Shown here: positions 26,364-38,460 of the stretch, in pieces | How positions within the stretch are numbered: position 1 is the first letter of the stretch | How the letters are laid out: each line of letters starts with the position of its first letter | From: Octopus sinensis | Lineage: Eukaryota | NCBI RefSeq assembly: GCF_006345805.1 | Contig: NC_043020.1 | Span: 11,656,001-11,720,000 of the forward strand | Direction: 5' to 3' | Length of the DNA stretch: 64,000 nucleotides | Notes under the pieces: model-generated | The model's database searches: none | Seen by the model: the letters and a program-made list of their open reading frames with translations, nothing else | What the model was told of the DNA's origin: nothing | Made by a program: the position numbers and the translations under genes

Positions 26364-27309
26364 CGGTAAATGGATTAAGTCAATTACATCAACCCCAGTG
26401 CGTAACTGGTACTTATTTAATCGACCCCAAAAGGATGAAAGGCAAAGTCGACCTTGGTGGAATTTGAACTCAGAACGTAAAGACAGACGAAATACCGCTA
26501 AGCATTTCGCCCGGCGTGCTAACGTTTCTGCCAGGTCGCCGCCTTAAATCACCAGAAGTTTCAGTCATGTGTTATCACCCCCATCAGACACAACATCCGA
26601 AGATTGTATTTCACCACCTCATCATGGGTCTACCTCTTTCACAGGTTTCCTCCACAGTTAGAGATCAGGAAGATGATAGCATAGCAATAAATGTCAATTA
26701 TAATGATGAGAACAGTCAAAATCAAACCAAATCAACATCAGTGGTAATTGCAGCGGTGGTTAAGCGAAACATTCGATCGTTTGTCCGTTGCCAGCCTCGC
26801 CTGGCCCCCGTGCCGTTGGCACATAAAAGCACCATCCGCTCGTGACCGTTGCCAGCCTCGCCTGACCCCCGTGCCGTTGGCACATAAAAGCACCATCCGC
26901 TCGTGTCCGTTGCCAGCCTCGCCTGGCCCCCGTGCTGGTAGCATGTAAAAGCACCATCCACTCGTGACCGTTGCCAGCCTCGCCTGGCCCCCGTGCCGGT
27001 GGCACGTAAAAACACCATCCGTTCGTGGCCGTTTGCCAGCTCTGTCTGGCACCTGTGCCGGTGGCACGTAAAAAGCACCCACTACACTCACGGAGTGGTT
27101 GGCATTAGGAAGGGCATCCAGCCGTAGAAACACTGCCAAATCTGACTGGGCCTGATGCAGCCTTCTGGCTTCACACACCCCAGTTGAACCGTCCAACCCA
27201 TGCTAGCATGGAAAGCGAATGCTAAATGATGATGATGATGATGTTGATAGTAATTATAATAATGGTGATGGTGATGATGCTAATAATACATGCAGTGAAA
27301 AATACAAAC

Positions 27310-27478
27310 CTTTGATGATCCGATTTGTGTTTTTTGTGTCTGTGAGAGTTGCCATTATCATAGGAGGCGTGTGCACGTTTTTCCCCACTTCTTGAGCTGC
27401 TTTCCTTCTTCGACATTTCAAGTTCCTTCTCTTTCTTCTTTTCTTCTTCTAACTTGTATTCATCAACCTTCACTTTAT
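27310..27478 (-). CDS. GPKOW: GPKOW exon 7 (charged linker)
   Basis: TGTAG| (N)KVKVDEYKLEEEKKKEKELEMSKKESSSRSGEKRAHASYDNGNSHRHKKHKSDHQ |GTTTGT; phase 1->2, fits both neighbours. Confidence 0.88.
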
Positions 27479-27902
27479 CTACAAACAAACAAACCAGTTC
27501 AATTTCAACACTTTTCATGCATCTTCTTATTTAACCAGCTTCCTATCTTTTTAACAAAGGGATCTTTTTGGTTTGAACGGCAGTTTTTAACATAACGGAA
27601 GGCATGACCCAGCCAACACAGACGTCTCGTTAGGCTGACATCTAACCCGTATCCGCCTCAGAGGTTCAGCTATCAACATCAGTGTCTCCGACACCTCCCT
27701 CGTACCCTGTATACATGTATACCCTGTTTTGAATTAAAATCTTTCACCAAACCTTAGTCACAATTTATGTTCCTAACATCAGCTGAATGATAACTAAGCT
27801 ATTTTACTAAATTCTTTGTTATATTTAAAAATATTGAAAGAAACACAGAGCATCTCAACAGAAATACGGTGACGAAAGGGTTAAGTTGTGTGATTAAATT
27901 AA

Positions 27903-28345
27903 CCCTTTTGTTAAAACCCAGCTGAAACTGGCTCTAGCTCTGAGTACAAATGTCTTGTTTTCGTAAGTTTTGAATTAAAATCTTCCACCAAACCTTAGTC
28001 ACAATTTATGTTCCTAACACTAAGCTGAATGATAACTAAGCTATTTTACTAAATTCTTTGTTATATTTAACCCTTTAGCATTCAGATTATTCTGTCAAAT
28101 ATAATATTTATTCATCCATATTGTTTTAAGCTAATTATGCATTATTTCGTGGCTTTAAGATTTCCATGATGTTATCACCTGTTTTTAAATTGACATTATA
28201 GGTTGGTGTGAGATATCAAATCTGGGCAGTTTTAACAGAAAACAGGTAAATTATTTGGGCTGGATATGGCTGGTTTAAACACTAAAGGGTTAAAATAATT
28301 GAAAGAAACACAGAGCATCTCAAAATAAATACAGTAATTAAAGGG
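27903..28345. mobile_element. piggyBac-type MITE with a second TTAA-MITE nested inside (28071-28289)
   Basis: Outer TTAA at 27899-27902 and 28346-28349; inner TTAA at 28067-28070 and 28290-28293; all termini CCCT/AGGG. Confidence 0.85.
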
Positions 28346-28359
28346 TTAAGGTTACTCAC

Positions 28360-28492
28360 TCAGGTATTTGTGGTATTTGTCATACTCCTTCTTGTGTACG
28401 AGTCGTAAGGTGTACTGGCTGACCGTGATGGTGTTGCTGTTGATGGATAGTTTTACCAGCACCCGTGCATTGTCCTCATCAACTCCTACAAC
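28360..28492 (-). CDS. GPKOW: GPKOW exon 6 (first KOW region)
   Basis: TCAG| VVGVDEDNARVLVKLSINSNTITVSQYTLRLVHKKEYDKYHKYL |GTGAGT; phase 0->1; human VEGLDPDNVRAMVRL...VTVSEYYLRPV. Confidence 0.95.
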
Positions 28493-29766
28493 CTGATAGA
28501 GACAGAAAAATAAATGTCACTCTATCTCAGTGTTGTTATATTCTCTCTCTCTCTCTTGTCTTTCTTTCTTCAATAAAACACACATCTTCATAAAGACGCA
28601 TGCATTTGACTGGTTAGCAAAATCATCATCATCATCATCGTCATTTAACATCTGTTTTCCATGCTGGTATAGGTTGGACAGTTGGAGAGCTGCCTGAGCT
28701 CTATGCCTGTTTTGGGTGGTTGGATGCCCTTCCTAATACCTATTTCTTTACTACCCACAAGGGGCTATAGTAGAAGACACTTGCCCAAGGAACTGAACCT
28801 GGAACCATGTGGTTGGGAAGCAAGCTTCTTATTTCTTTACTGCCCACAAGGGGCTAAACATAGAGGGGACAAACAAGGACAGACAAACGGATTAAGTCGA
28901 TTACATCGACCCCAGTGCGTAACTGGTACTTAATTTATCGACCTCGAAAGGATGAAAGGCAAAGTCGACCTCGGCGGAATTTGAACACAGAACATAACGG
29001 CAGACGAAATACCTATTTCTTTACTACCCACAAGGGGCTAAACACAGAGGGGACAAACAAGGACAGACAAACGGATTAAGTCGATTACATCGACCCCAGT
29101 GCGTAACTGGTACTTAATTTATTGACCTCGAAAGGATGAAAGGCAAAGTCGACCTCGGCGGAATTTGAACACAGAACATAACGGCAGACGAAATACAGCT
29201 ATGCATTTCGCCTGGTGTGCTAACGTTTCTGCCAGCTCGCCGCCCTTCCTAACACCAACCACTCTACAGAGTGTACTGGGCGTTTTTACGCAGCACCAGC
29301 ACAGGTGCTTTTTTACGTGGCACCAGCACCCAAAATTAGGAACACCCAGCTGAAGAGGGAAGCAGGGGACATGATTATACGCAAGGTCAACCACAATTTT
29401 ACTCAGCTAGGCATGTCTTCTTAAGCACAACAAACTGTCAGAAGTCTTGGCAAACAGCGAGCTGGCAGAAACGTTAGCACGCCGGGCGAAATGCTTAGCG
29501 GTATTTCGTCTGTCGCTACATTCTGGTAAAAATGACCCACTAGTAATAGCAGCCAAATCTACTTTAAATTCTACTCTATCATCTTAAAAGAAAAGGGAAG
29601 TAGTGCCCATTAGAGAATGTAGTCCTAGATACCCTGAAATGACAGGATTGTCGTGGATGGATTGTATTTTTTTATCATAACTGAGTATCAATAGATTTGA
29701 TCTGGGATTAAACTAGAACATCAAAAAATAAAGCCAGTAAAATATAAAGATGGTCAATGAACTTAC

Positions 29767-29959
29767 AGTTCCATAAAGACCTTTTGAAGACCCTTTCTCA
29801 ACCACACAGTGTGAACCTGTCTTTAAGACCAAGGGGCTGTCATCACTGTCTTTCTTTTGATGGCCGCCTTTATTGTGGTTTAGTTGTTTCACTGCACTCT
29901 TGTCAGCACCGAGACCCATTCCTTTTGGACGAATAACAACATCTGTAGGGTTCACCAAC
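29767..29959 (-). CDS. GPKOW: GPKOW exon 5
   Basis: TTCAG| LVNPTDVVIRPKGMGLGADK...LVLKTGSHCVVEKGSSKGLYGT |GTAAGT; phase 2->0; human RPKGLGLGA...GPHRGLYGK. Confidence 0.95.
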
Positions 29960-30384
29960 CTGAAAAATAACAAAACTGGACGATTAACCCTTTAGCATTT
30001 AAACCATCCGGCCATATCTGGCCCAAATATTCTACCTGCGTTATGTTCAAACTGGCTAGTCACACATACCCTACAAAATACTAATATTGGTGAAAAAGAT
30101 AATACCCAACACTGGGGTAGATCTGTGGTAAAGAAATGGAGGACCCTGATGTAATTTCCAGGGATACAGGCATCCAGCAACAGAACCTCCGTAATGCTAT
30201 GATGGACTGTGAAGTCTGGCGTAGCATAGTAAATTCCATTGTCTCGACCACGGTCGAACAATGATGATGATGATGTAGGTCTGCGACCCCTCAGTCCAGT
30301 CATTAGGCTGTGGCCTTCTATTTTTTCATGCAGGTCAACCATCCATCACTGGTTTGCCTGACCTGCCTAGACTTCATCATATTT

Positions 30385-31235
30385 CTCACGTGAAAAGCAT
30401 CCAATCCACACTATGAAGTGGTTGGCATTTTGAAGGGCATCCAGCTGTAAAAACCATGCCAAAACTGACCTCACCTGTGCTGGTACCACATAAAGAGCAC
30501 TCAGTCTACTCTATGAGGTGGTTGGTGTTAGGAAGGCCATCCAGCTGTAAAAACCATGCCAAAACTGATCTCACCTGTGCCACAAAAAGAGCACTCAGTC
30601 TACTCTACGAGGTGGTTGGCATTTGGAAGGGCATCCAGCTGTAAAAACCATGCCAAAACTGACCCCACCTGTGCCACATAAAGAGCACTCAGTCTACTCT
30701 ACGAGGTGGTTGGCATTTGGAAGGGCATCCAGCTGTAAAAACCATGCCAAAACTGATCCCACCTGTGCTGGCGCCACATAAAAAGCACTTAGTCTACTCT
30801 ACGAGGTGGTTGGCATTTGGAAGGGCATCCAGCTGTAAAAACCATGCCAAAATTGATCCCACCTGTGCTGGCGCCACATAAAAAGCACTCAGTCTACTCT
30901 ACGAGGTGGTTGGCATTTGGAAGGGCATCCAGCTGTAAAAACCATGCCAAAACTGATCCCACCTGTGCTGGCGCCACATAAAGAGCACTCAGTCTACTCT
31001 ACGAGGTGGTTGGCATTTGGAAGGGCATCCAGCTGTAAAAACCATGCCAAAACTAATCCCACCTGTGCTGGCGCCACATAAAAAGCACTCAGTCTCCTCT
31101 ATGAGGTGGTTGGCATTTGGAAGGGCATCCAGCTGTAAAAACCATGCCAAAACTGATCCCACCTGTGCTGGCGCCACATAAAAAGCACTCAGTCTCCTCT
31201 ATGAGGTGGTTGGCATTTGGAAGGGCATCCAGCCA
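30385..31235 (+). repeat. 100-bp tandem array (~8.5 units) derived from the RTE 3'UTR
   Basis: AAGGGCATCC at 30433, 30533, 30627, 30721, 30821, 30921, 31021, 31121 and 31221; resumes as the normal UTR and ends in (ATG)n at ~31340. Confidence 0.92.
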
Positions 31236-31374
31236 AAACAGACACTGTAGCCTAGTGTAGTCTTCTGCCTGGCTAGCTTCTGTCAAACTGTCCAACCATG
31301 CCAGCATGGAAGACAGTCATTAAATGATGATGATGATGATGACACCATTGAAATTTCAAAGCTACAAGATAATG

Positions 31375-32035
31375 CATTGGCCATGTTCGGATGGTGCTTT
31401 TTTACATGCTACCCGCACCGGAGCCAGTCGGGGCGGGGAGGCTGGCATTGACCCATGTTCGGATGGTGCTTTTTATGTGCCACTGGCACAGGGAGATAGT
31501 CAGGCAGCACTGTCAACGACCCATACATGCATGGTGCTTATTACGTGCCACCAGCACGGGAGCCAGTCGGGTGGCACTGGCATTGGCCACGACTACAATT
31601 CCATTTGATTGTGATTTGATTTGATTTTACCTGACTCAATAGGTCTCCTCAAGCATGGAATGTCACCCGATGATTCAAAGGTACTTTTTAAATGGGCTGG
31701 TTATGCCACACTGGTGTAGGCTACAGCTGTGATCTCCCTTTACATGACGGATCACCTCAATCACAGCGTACCCCCAGAGGTCTTGGTCTTTCATCATTGC
31801 CTCTGTGAGGCCCAACGTTTGAAGGCCATGCTTCACCACCTCATCCCATGTCTTCCTGGGTCTCCTTCTATCATGGGTTCCTTCCACTGTTAGGGAATGT
31901 CACTTCTTCACACAGCTCTCCTCATCCATTCGCACCACATGACCATACCAACACAGTCATCTCTCTTGCACACCTCATCTGATGCTTCTTATGCCCAACA
32001 TTTCTCTCAGGGTGATTACACTCTGTAGTGTGTGC
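31375..32035 (-). mobile_element. RTE LINE fragment: ORF2 C-terminus plus 3'UTR with VNTR
   Basis: EGTHDRRRPRKTWDEVVKHGLQTLGLTEAMMKDQDLWGYAV runs directly into the GTGCC...GGCAC/GATGGTGCTTTT repeat UTR. Confidence 0.8.
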
Positions 32036-33386
32036 ACACTATTCTTTTATTTTTTTACTGGTTTCAGTCATTTGACTGTGGCCATGCTGGAGCACTGCCT
32101 TTAGTCAAAGAAATTGACTCCAAGACTTATTCTTTGTAAGCCTAGCACTTATACTGTTGGTCTCTTTTGCTGAATCACTAAGTTACAAGGACATAAACAC
32201 ACCAACATCAGTTGTCAAGTGATGGTGGTGGAGATAAACAGACACGTACACACAAATATATACATATGTATGTATATGGCGGGCTTCTTTCAGTTTCCGT
32301 CTACCAAATTCACTCACAAGGCTTTGGTCTGTCTGAGGCTATAGTAAAAGACACTTGCCCAAGGTGCAATGCAGTGGGACTGAACATATATGTGTGTGTG
32401 TGTGTGTGTGTGTGATGGGCATTCCTAGGTTTCCATCTATCAAATCTGCTCACAAGGCTTTGGTTAGCCCGACGCTATAGTAGAAGATACAAGCCCAAGG
32501 AATTGAACCCAGAATCATGTGGTTGGGAAGCAAGCTTCTTATTTCTTTACTGCCCACAAGGGACTAAACATAGAGGGGACAAACAAGGACACACAAAGGG
32601 ATTAAGTCGATTACATCGACCCCAGTGCATAACTGGTACTTATTTAATCGACCCCGAAAGGATGAAAGGCAAAGTCGACCTCGGCGGAATTTGAACTCAG
32701 AACGTTACAGCAGACGAAATACTGCTAAGCATTTCGCCCGGCGTGCTAACGTCTTTGCCAGCTCGCTGTTGGTAAGCAAGCTTCTTACCACACAACCATA
32801 CCTGCACCTATATATGTATATCCTTAAGTGCTGTATATCAGCAAAGGATGTAAATACCATTAAAACTGACCCTTTCAAACAAAGACACTCAGTGATATCT
32901 GCACCAACTGAGTTAGTCCCTTATCCCACTCACAGTCAGAAATGCTATGAAGCAGTGAGACTCCAGTGGCTGTGTGGTAAGTAGCTTGCTTACCAACCAC
33001 ATGGTACCGGGTTCAGTCCTACTGCGTGGCACCTTGGGCAAGTGTCTTCTGCTATAGCCCCAGGCCGACCAATGCCTTGTGAGTGGATTTGGTAGACGGA
33101 AACTGAAAGAAGCCCGTCGTATATATGTATATATATATATATATGTGTCTGTGTTTGTCCCCCTAGCATTGCTTGACAACCGATGCTGGTGTGTTTACGT
33201 CCCCGTCACTTAGCTGTTCGGCAAAAAGAGACCAATAGAATAAGTACTGGGCTTACAAAGAATAAGTCCCGGGGTCGAGTTGCTCGATTAAAAAAAAGGC
33301 GGTGCTCCAGCATGGCCGCAGTCAAATGACTGAAACAAGTAAAAGAGTAAAAGAGGATATAAAGAAACAAAATCTGTCTTACTCAC

Positions 33387-33490
33387 TTTTTATTTTTTCC
33401 AATGCCTTCTCCATCTTTCCAGCCCATACCACGGAGCATGGCTTTACCAAAATGTTCAATGGGGACTGAATCATACTCAGTGTCTTCAGG
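33387..33490 (-). CDS. GPKOW: GPKOW exon 4 (G-patch)
   Basis: GGCAG| PEDTEYDSVPIEHFGKAMLRGMGWKDGEGIGKNK |GTGAGT; canonical Spp2/GPKOW G-patch; phase 0->2. Confidence 0.97.
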
Positions 33491-35033
33491 CTGCCAATAA
33501 AGAACACAAAATAAAATATTCATCAATTTAATTATCAGCTTTTTATCTGTCATTGGTTCAATGCTTCTTCTTTGATGCTCTATTTTGTATCCATAAACAG
33601 CAGCCCAAACCTCTTGGCAGGCACATAGCTTCCCACTGTTTGGAAAGCATCAACGGACCCTATTTGAACCCTATTTGGTTCCTGAAAATCAAGATCAAGC
33701 AAGGTTTGCTCGACATGTGGTTTCTGTCCACACAGATCTTTCCTTGCTACACTTGCATTATTGTGCAGGTGACACATAAAATGCACCATTTGAGTGTGGC
33801 CGTTGCCGGTACCGCTTGACTGGCCCTCGTGCCGTTGGCACGTAAAAGCACCCACTACACATCGGAGTGGTTGGCGTTAGGAAGGGCATCCAGCTGTAGA
33901 AACTCTGCCAGATCAGATTGGAGCCTGGTGCAGCCATCTGATTCATCAGTCCTCAGTCAAATTGTCCAGTCGATGCTAGCATGGAAAGCGGACGTTAAAC
34001 AATGATGATGATTCAAATTTTTTCACAAGGGCAGCCATTTTGAGGGAGGGGATGAATCAATTACATTGACCCCAGTGTTTCACTGGTACTTAATTTATCA
34101 ATACCAAAAGGATGAAAGGCGAAGCTGACCTCAGCAGAATTTGAACTCTCGGAGTGGTCGGCATTAGGAAGGGCATCCAGCTGTAGAAACTCTGCCAGAT
34201 CAGATTGGAGTCTGGTGCAGCCATCTGGTTCGCCAGACCTCAGTCAAATCGTCGAACCCATGCTAGCATGGAAAGCAGACGTTAAACGATGATGATGATG
34301 ATGATGAAGAAACAGACTAGAGCCTGGTGCAATTCTCCAATTTACCAACCCACAGCAAGCAACCAGTACCTCAACAGTTTGACGAGCAGCAGAGCCGGGG
34401 CTGGTAACTGAACACACCAAGTTGCTTTGGTCAGTACGAGGATATAGTAGAAGACACTTGTCCAAGGTGTCACGCAGTGGGACTGAACCAGGAACTATGA
34501 GGTTGGGAAGCAAACTTGTAAACTACACAGCTGTGCCTGTGCCTGTATATATACACAGTAATAAAGAACAAAACAAGAACATGTACATACATATGCAAAA
34601 AGAAAAGAAAAAGAAAAAAAACAGGAGTGGCTGTGTGGTAAGTAGCTTGCTTACCAACCACATAGTTCCGGGTTCAGTCCCATTGCGTGGCACCTTGGGC
34701 AAGTGTCTTCTGCTATAGCCCCGGGCTAACCAAAGCCTTGTGAGTGGATTTGGTAGATGGAAACTGAAAGAAGCCTGTCGTATATATGTATATATATATA
34801 TATATGTGTGTGTCTGTGTTTGTCCCCCCTACATCGCTTGATAACCGATGCTGGTGTGTTTACATCCCCGTAACTTAGCAGTTCGCCAAAAGAGACAGAT
34901 AGAATAAGTACTAGGCTTACAAAGAATAAGTTCTGGGGTCGATGTGCTCGACTAAAGGCGGTGCTCCAGCATGGCCGCAGTCAAATGACTGAAACAAGTA
35001 AAAGAGTAAAAGAGTAAAGAGAGCCCTAATTAC

Positions 35034-35173
35034 CTCATTTGGTCTTAAAGAGACATCGAGTCTATCATCCGTCTCATAACCTGAAGGAATCTGATTCTGA
35101 AATAGCAATGGAATGGCAGCTCCTGTATCTTCAACTCCTCTCTCATTCCATTCTTCATTCTGTCTGTTGGCAT
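35034..35173 (-). CDS. GPKOW: GPKOW exon 3
   Basis: TTCAG| (D)ANRQNEEWNERGVEDTGAAIPLLFQNQIPSGYETDDRLDVSLRPNE |GTAATT; phase 1->0. Confidence 0.9.
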
Positions 35174-35388
35174 CTGAAAATAGACAATAAACCTTATAAG
35201 ACATCTGGGTGCTGTTTTTTGGTTCACAACTTTTGGAATAATATTCACGACAAGTCTGACCACTTCAAGAATACGTTTTACCTGCTGAGATTCAAAGGTG
35301 TAATTTAAATTAAACAAAATTCTTCTATCTCAGATTCAGACATGGCTGTGTGGTTACGAAGTTCACTTTACATTATTTACATTTGACG

Positions 35389-36160
35389 GGTCATTCACTT
35401 ATGCCATCTTCAGTTAATGCAAAGCAGACAAGAATGTAAAATGTATATAAAAAAAAACTATAACAAAATAATCAATGTCTTCATAACTATTGATTCTGCT
35501 CCTATTTTAAATTCTTTAGAGATGAATTTTACTGATAACTCTACATCAGTGTACATTATTTACATTTGACAGATATTTGTCCTCATCTTGTTTGTTGTTA
35601 ACACGTTTCAGCTGATGTACCCTCCAGCCTTCATCAGGTGTCTTGGGGAAATTTCGAACCTGGGTTCTCATTCCTAAGGTATTTTTCGATGTTATTATTA
35701 TTATTATCATTATTCAGGTCACTGCCTGGAATTGAACTTGGAATCTTGGGTTTAGTAGCCTGCGCTCTTAACCACTATGCCATATGCCCATGGGTTAAGA
35801 GTGCGGGCTACTAACCCTAAGATTCCGAGTTCAATTCCAAGCAGTGACCTGAACAATAATAATATCGAAAAATACCTTAGGAATGAGAACCCAGGTTCAA
35901 AATTTCCCCAAGACACCTGAAGAAGGCTGGAGGGTATATCAGCCGAAATGTTGTGCTAACAACAAACAAGATGAGGACAAATATCCGTCGAATGTAAATA
36001 ATGTACACTGATGTAAAGTTATTATCTCAAAAGACTTTAAAAATAGGAACAGAAACAATAGTTATGAAGACATTGATTATTTTGTTATAGTTTTTTTTTC
36101 ATATACCTTTTACATTCTTGTCTGCTTTGCATTAACTGAAGATGGCATAAGTGAATGACC
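35389..36160. mobile_element. 772-bp palindrome: head-to-head pair of tRNA-headed, hammerhead-bearing SINEs with a shared ~165-bp extension
   Basis: Arms 35389-35773 and 35793-36160 are reverse complements (~90% identical by eye); tRNA-like head at the centre; CTGATGA at 35637->35631(-) and CTGAAGA at 35917-35923(+). Confidence 0.88.
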
Positions 36161-36634
36161 TTCTTGTTAGATGCAGCAGGCAAAATTGTGTGGTTAAGAA
36201 GTTCACGTCACAACTAAATAGTTTTCGGTTTAGTCTCCATGCCTGACACCATGGGCAGGTACTTCCCTTCTACCATAGTTTCAGGGTAATTAAAAACTCA
36301 CAAATAAAATTTGGAAAACGGAAATTGTGTGGAGGACTACTGGAGAGGTTGTTTCTATTTATTCTTGGATAGTCTATTTAATCTATCAGTCCATTGAACA
36401 CCTGGTCTCAGGGTGTCATTAGCAGGGTCCATCCTGCTGCAAATATTCAGGCCAAGATTGCAGTCAGACAATAATTTCTTTCACTGGTCATGAAAGCCCC
36501 CAAAAAAGGTCATGAACAAGGCCATTCCTCCTTTGACTAAGCTTTAAAAAATGAGTCGAATACCTAATTCATTTGGCTGTTTCTCACCGATTTTCCCATG
36601 AATAATAAAATAAAAGAGGATCCGAGCTCTGTAC

Positions 36635-36789
36635 CTGCAATAATTTCTTTGGCTGCCAAATCTTCCAAAGAATTTGAAGGGTTTTCTCCTTTACTGTTGG
36701 CTGGTTTCTTGTCTTGGTTGGTCTTCTGCCAAACATTTTTTTTGATACATGGTATTACATATTCTTTTGGTTCATCAATTATCTTGGAG
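36635..36789 (-). CDS. GPKOW: GPKOW exon 2
   Basis: TGCAG| SKIIDEPKEYVIPCIKKNVWQKTNQDKKPANSKGENPSNSLEDLAAKEIIA |GTACAG; phase 2->1. Confidence 0.88.
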
Positions 36790-38184
36790 CTGCAGAAATA
36801 AGGACAATCGAATATTGCTCAGATTGGACCAAGTACAATAACATCATATTAAAAATAACAATATCAACACTGATATTTATTGAAATTAAAATTGGTGATG
36901 ATTCTTATGTTTAGGAGATTATGTCATTGATACAGTAACAACTTTTTTTTTCCTGCCTTTAACCCTCCAACGTGGAGTATAGGCCACTTATAGTTGAATT
37001 CTACTATAGCTTCAGGCTGACCAAAGCCTTGTGAATGGATTTCGTAAACAGAAACTGAAAGAAGCCCGTCGTGTGTGTGTGTATAATATATATATATATA
37101 TACATATATATATAGTTAGTGGTTAGGGCTTTCGGCTCACGGCTGTAAGGTCTTGAGTTCGATTCCCAGCGACACGTTGTGTCCTTGAGCAAGACACTTT
37201 ATTTCACGTTGCTCCAGTCCACTCAGCTGGCAAAAATGAGTAGTACCTGTATTTCAAAGGGCTGGCCTTGTCACGCCGAGTCTCCCTGAGAACTACATTA
37301 GGGGTATGCATGTCTGTGGATTGCTCAGTCACTTGCATGTTAATTTCACGAGCAAGCTGTTCCATTGATCATATCAGCTGGGACCCTCATCGTTGTAACC
37401 AATGGAGTGCTCCCATATATATATATAAATGTATATATCCATGTGTGTATGTCTTTGTATCCGTGTTTGTTACCCCACAACTGCTTGACAACCAGTGATG
37501 GTGTGTTTACATTCCTCGTAACTTAGCAGCTTGGTATAAGAGACCAATAGTATAAGTATCAGGCTTTAAAACAATAAGACCTGGGATCGATTTGTTCGAC
37601 TAAAACCCTTCAAGGCAGTACCCCAGTATGGCCACAGTCAAATGACTACAATAAGCAAGAGATATATATCTTTTAATAAATAATATGGGTTAGTCAAAGC
37701 TGGAAAGTCTTTGGCTACAGGTATGCTAGACTAGGGTTCATTTGGAACAAAACAATAACGAATACACGGAGATGGGGTGAGTACTTGCAACACAGATCAT
37801 GCTTTGTTTGGAAGAAGCATTATCATAAACAAAGACTGTGGTGATTCGCGAAAGGGCATAACTTCGGTATAGGTACCGGATACATTTCAAGAAAGTGTTT
37901 TTATTATATATATGGGGGGTTAGGGTTAGGGGTAGGAGAAAAGGGTTTCTGTTATCTTCAGAAATGTAAACAAAGCCACTTCCGGTACTTACGGTACCAA
38001 TACCGAAGGATCGCTCCAATATATCTAGGTTTCGGTGGATTCTAAGATATGAACATATTTAATTCATCGATGATACATATTAGTTATCGATGTCTTCTTT
38101 CGGGTAGATATAACTGCTTTGCTAAAACATTGAGGTGGGAATGTATTGATGGACGCATGGATGTATAACATACATCTCTCTTCT

Positions 38185-38460
38185 GGCATTCTTTCGATAT
38201 AACTCGACAAAATGAAAACATTTCACTTTGGTTATTTCCGTGGACGCAAATGACAGTTTGATTCTTCTGTTTTCTGCTTGGAAATTTGCAGATTTTACAT
38301 ACACACATGGAACAGGTAAGAACAAATATGCAAGGCTTTTTTTCTTCAAGTTTAAAACGAGACATTGCTGGCATAATTTCGTTACATCTATACTCCACAA
38401 CCCACGGAAATACCCGAAGTGAAATGTTTTGATTTTGTTGAGTTATATCGAAGGAATGCC
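38185..38460. mobile_element. TIR element E0 (59-bp TIRs starting GGCATTCTTTCG) flanked by a ~108-bp direct repeat
   Basis: 38185-38243 is the reverse complement of 38402-38460; 38076-38184 is directly repeated at 38461-~38568. Confidence 0.7.

Noticed and set aside
30385-31235. CRISPR-like appearance of the 100-bp, 61-bp and 185-bp arrays
   Set aside because: Whole units are repeated with no unique spacers, no cas genes are present, and the context is eukaryotic.
37914-37936. Telomere-like GGGTTAGGGTTAGGG
   Set aside because: Only about two units; insufficient for an interstitial telomeric array.
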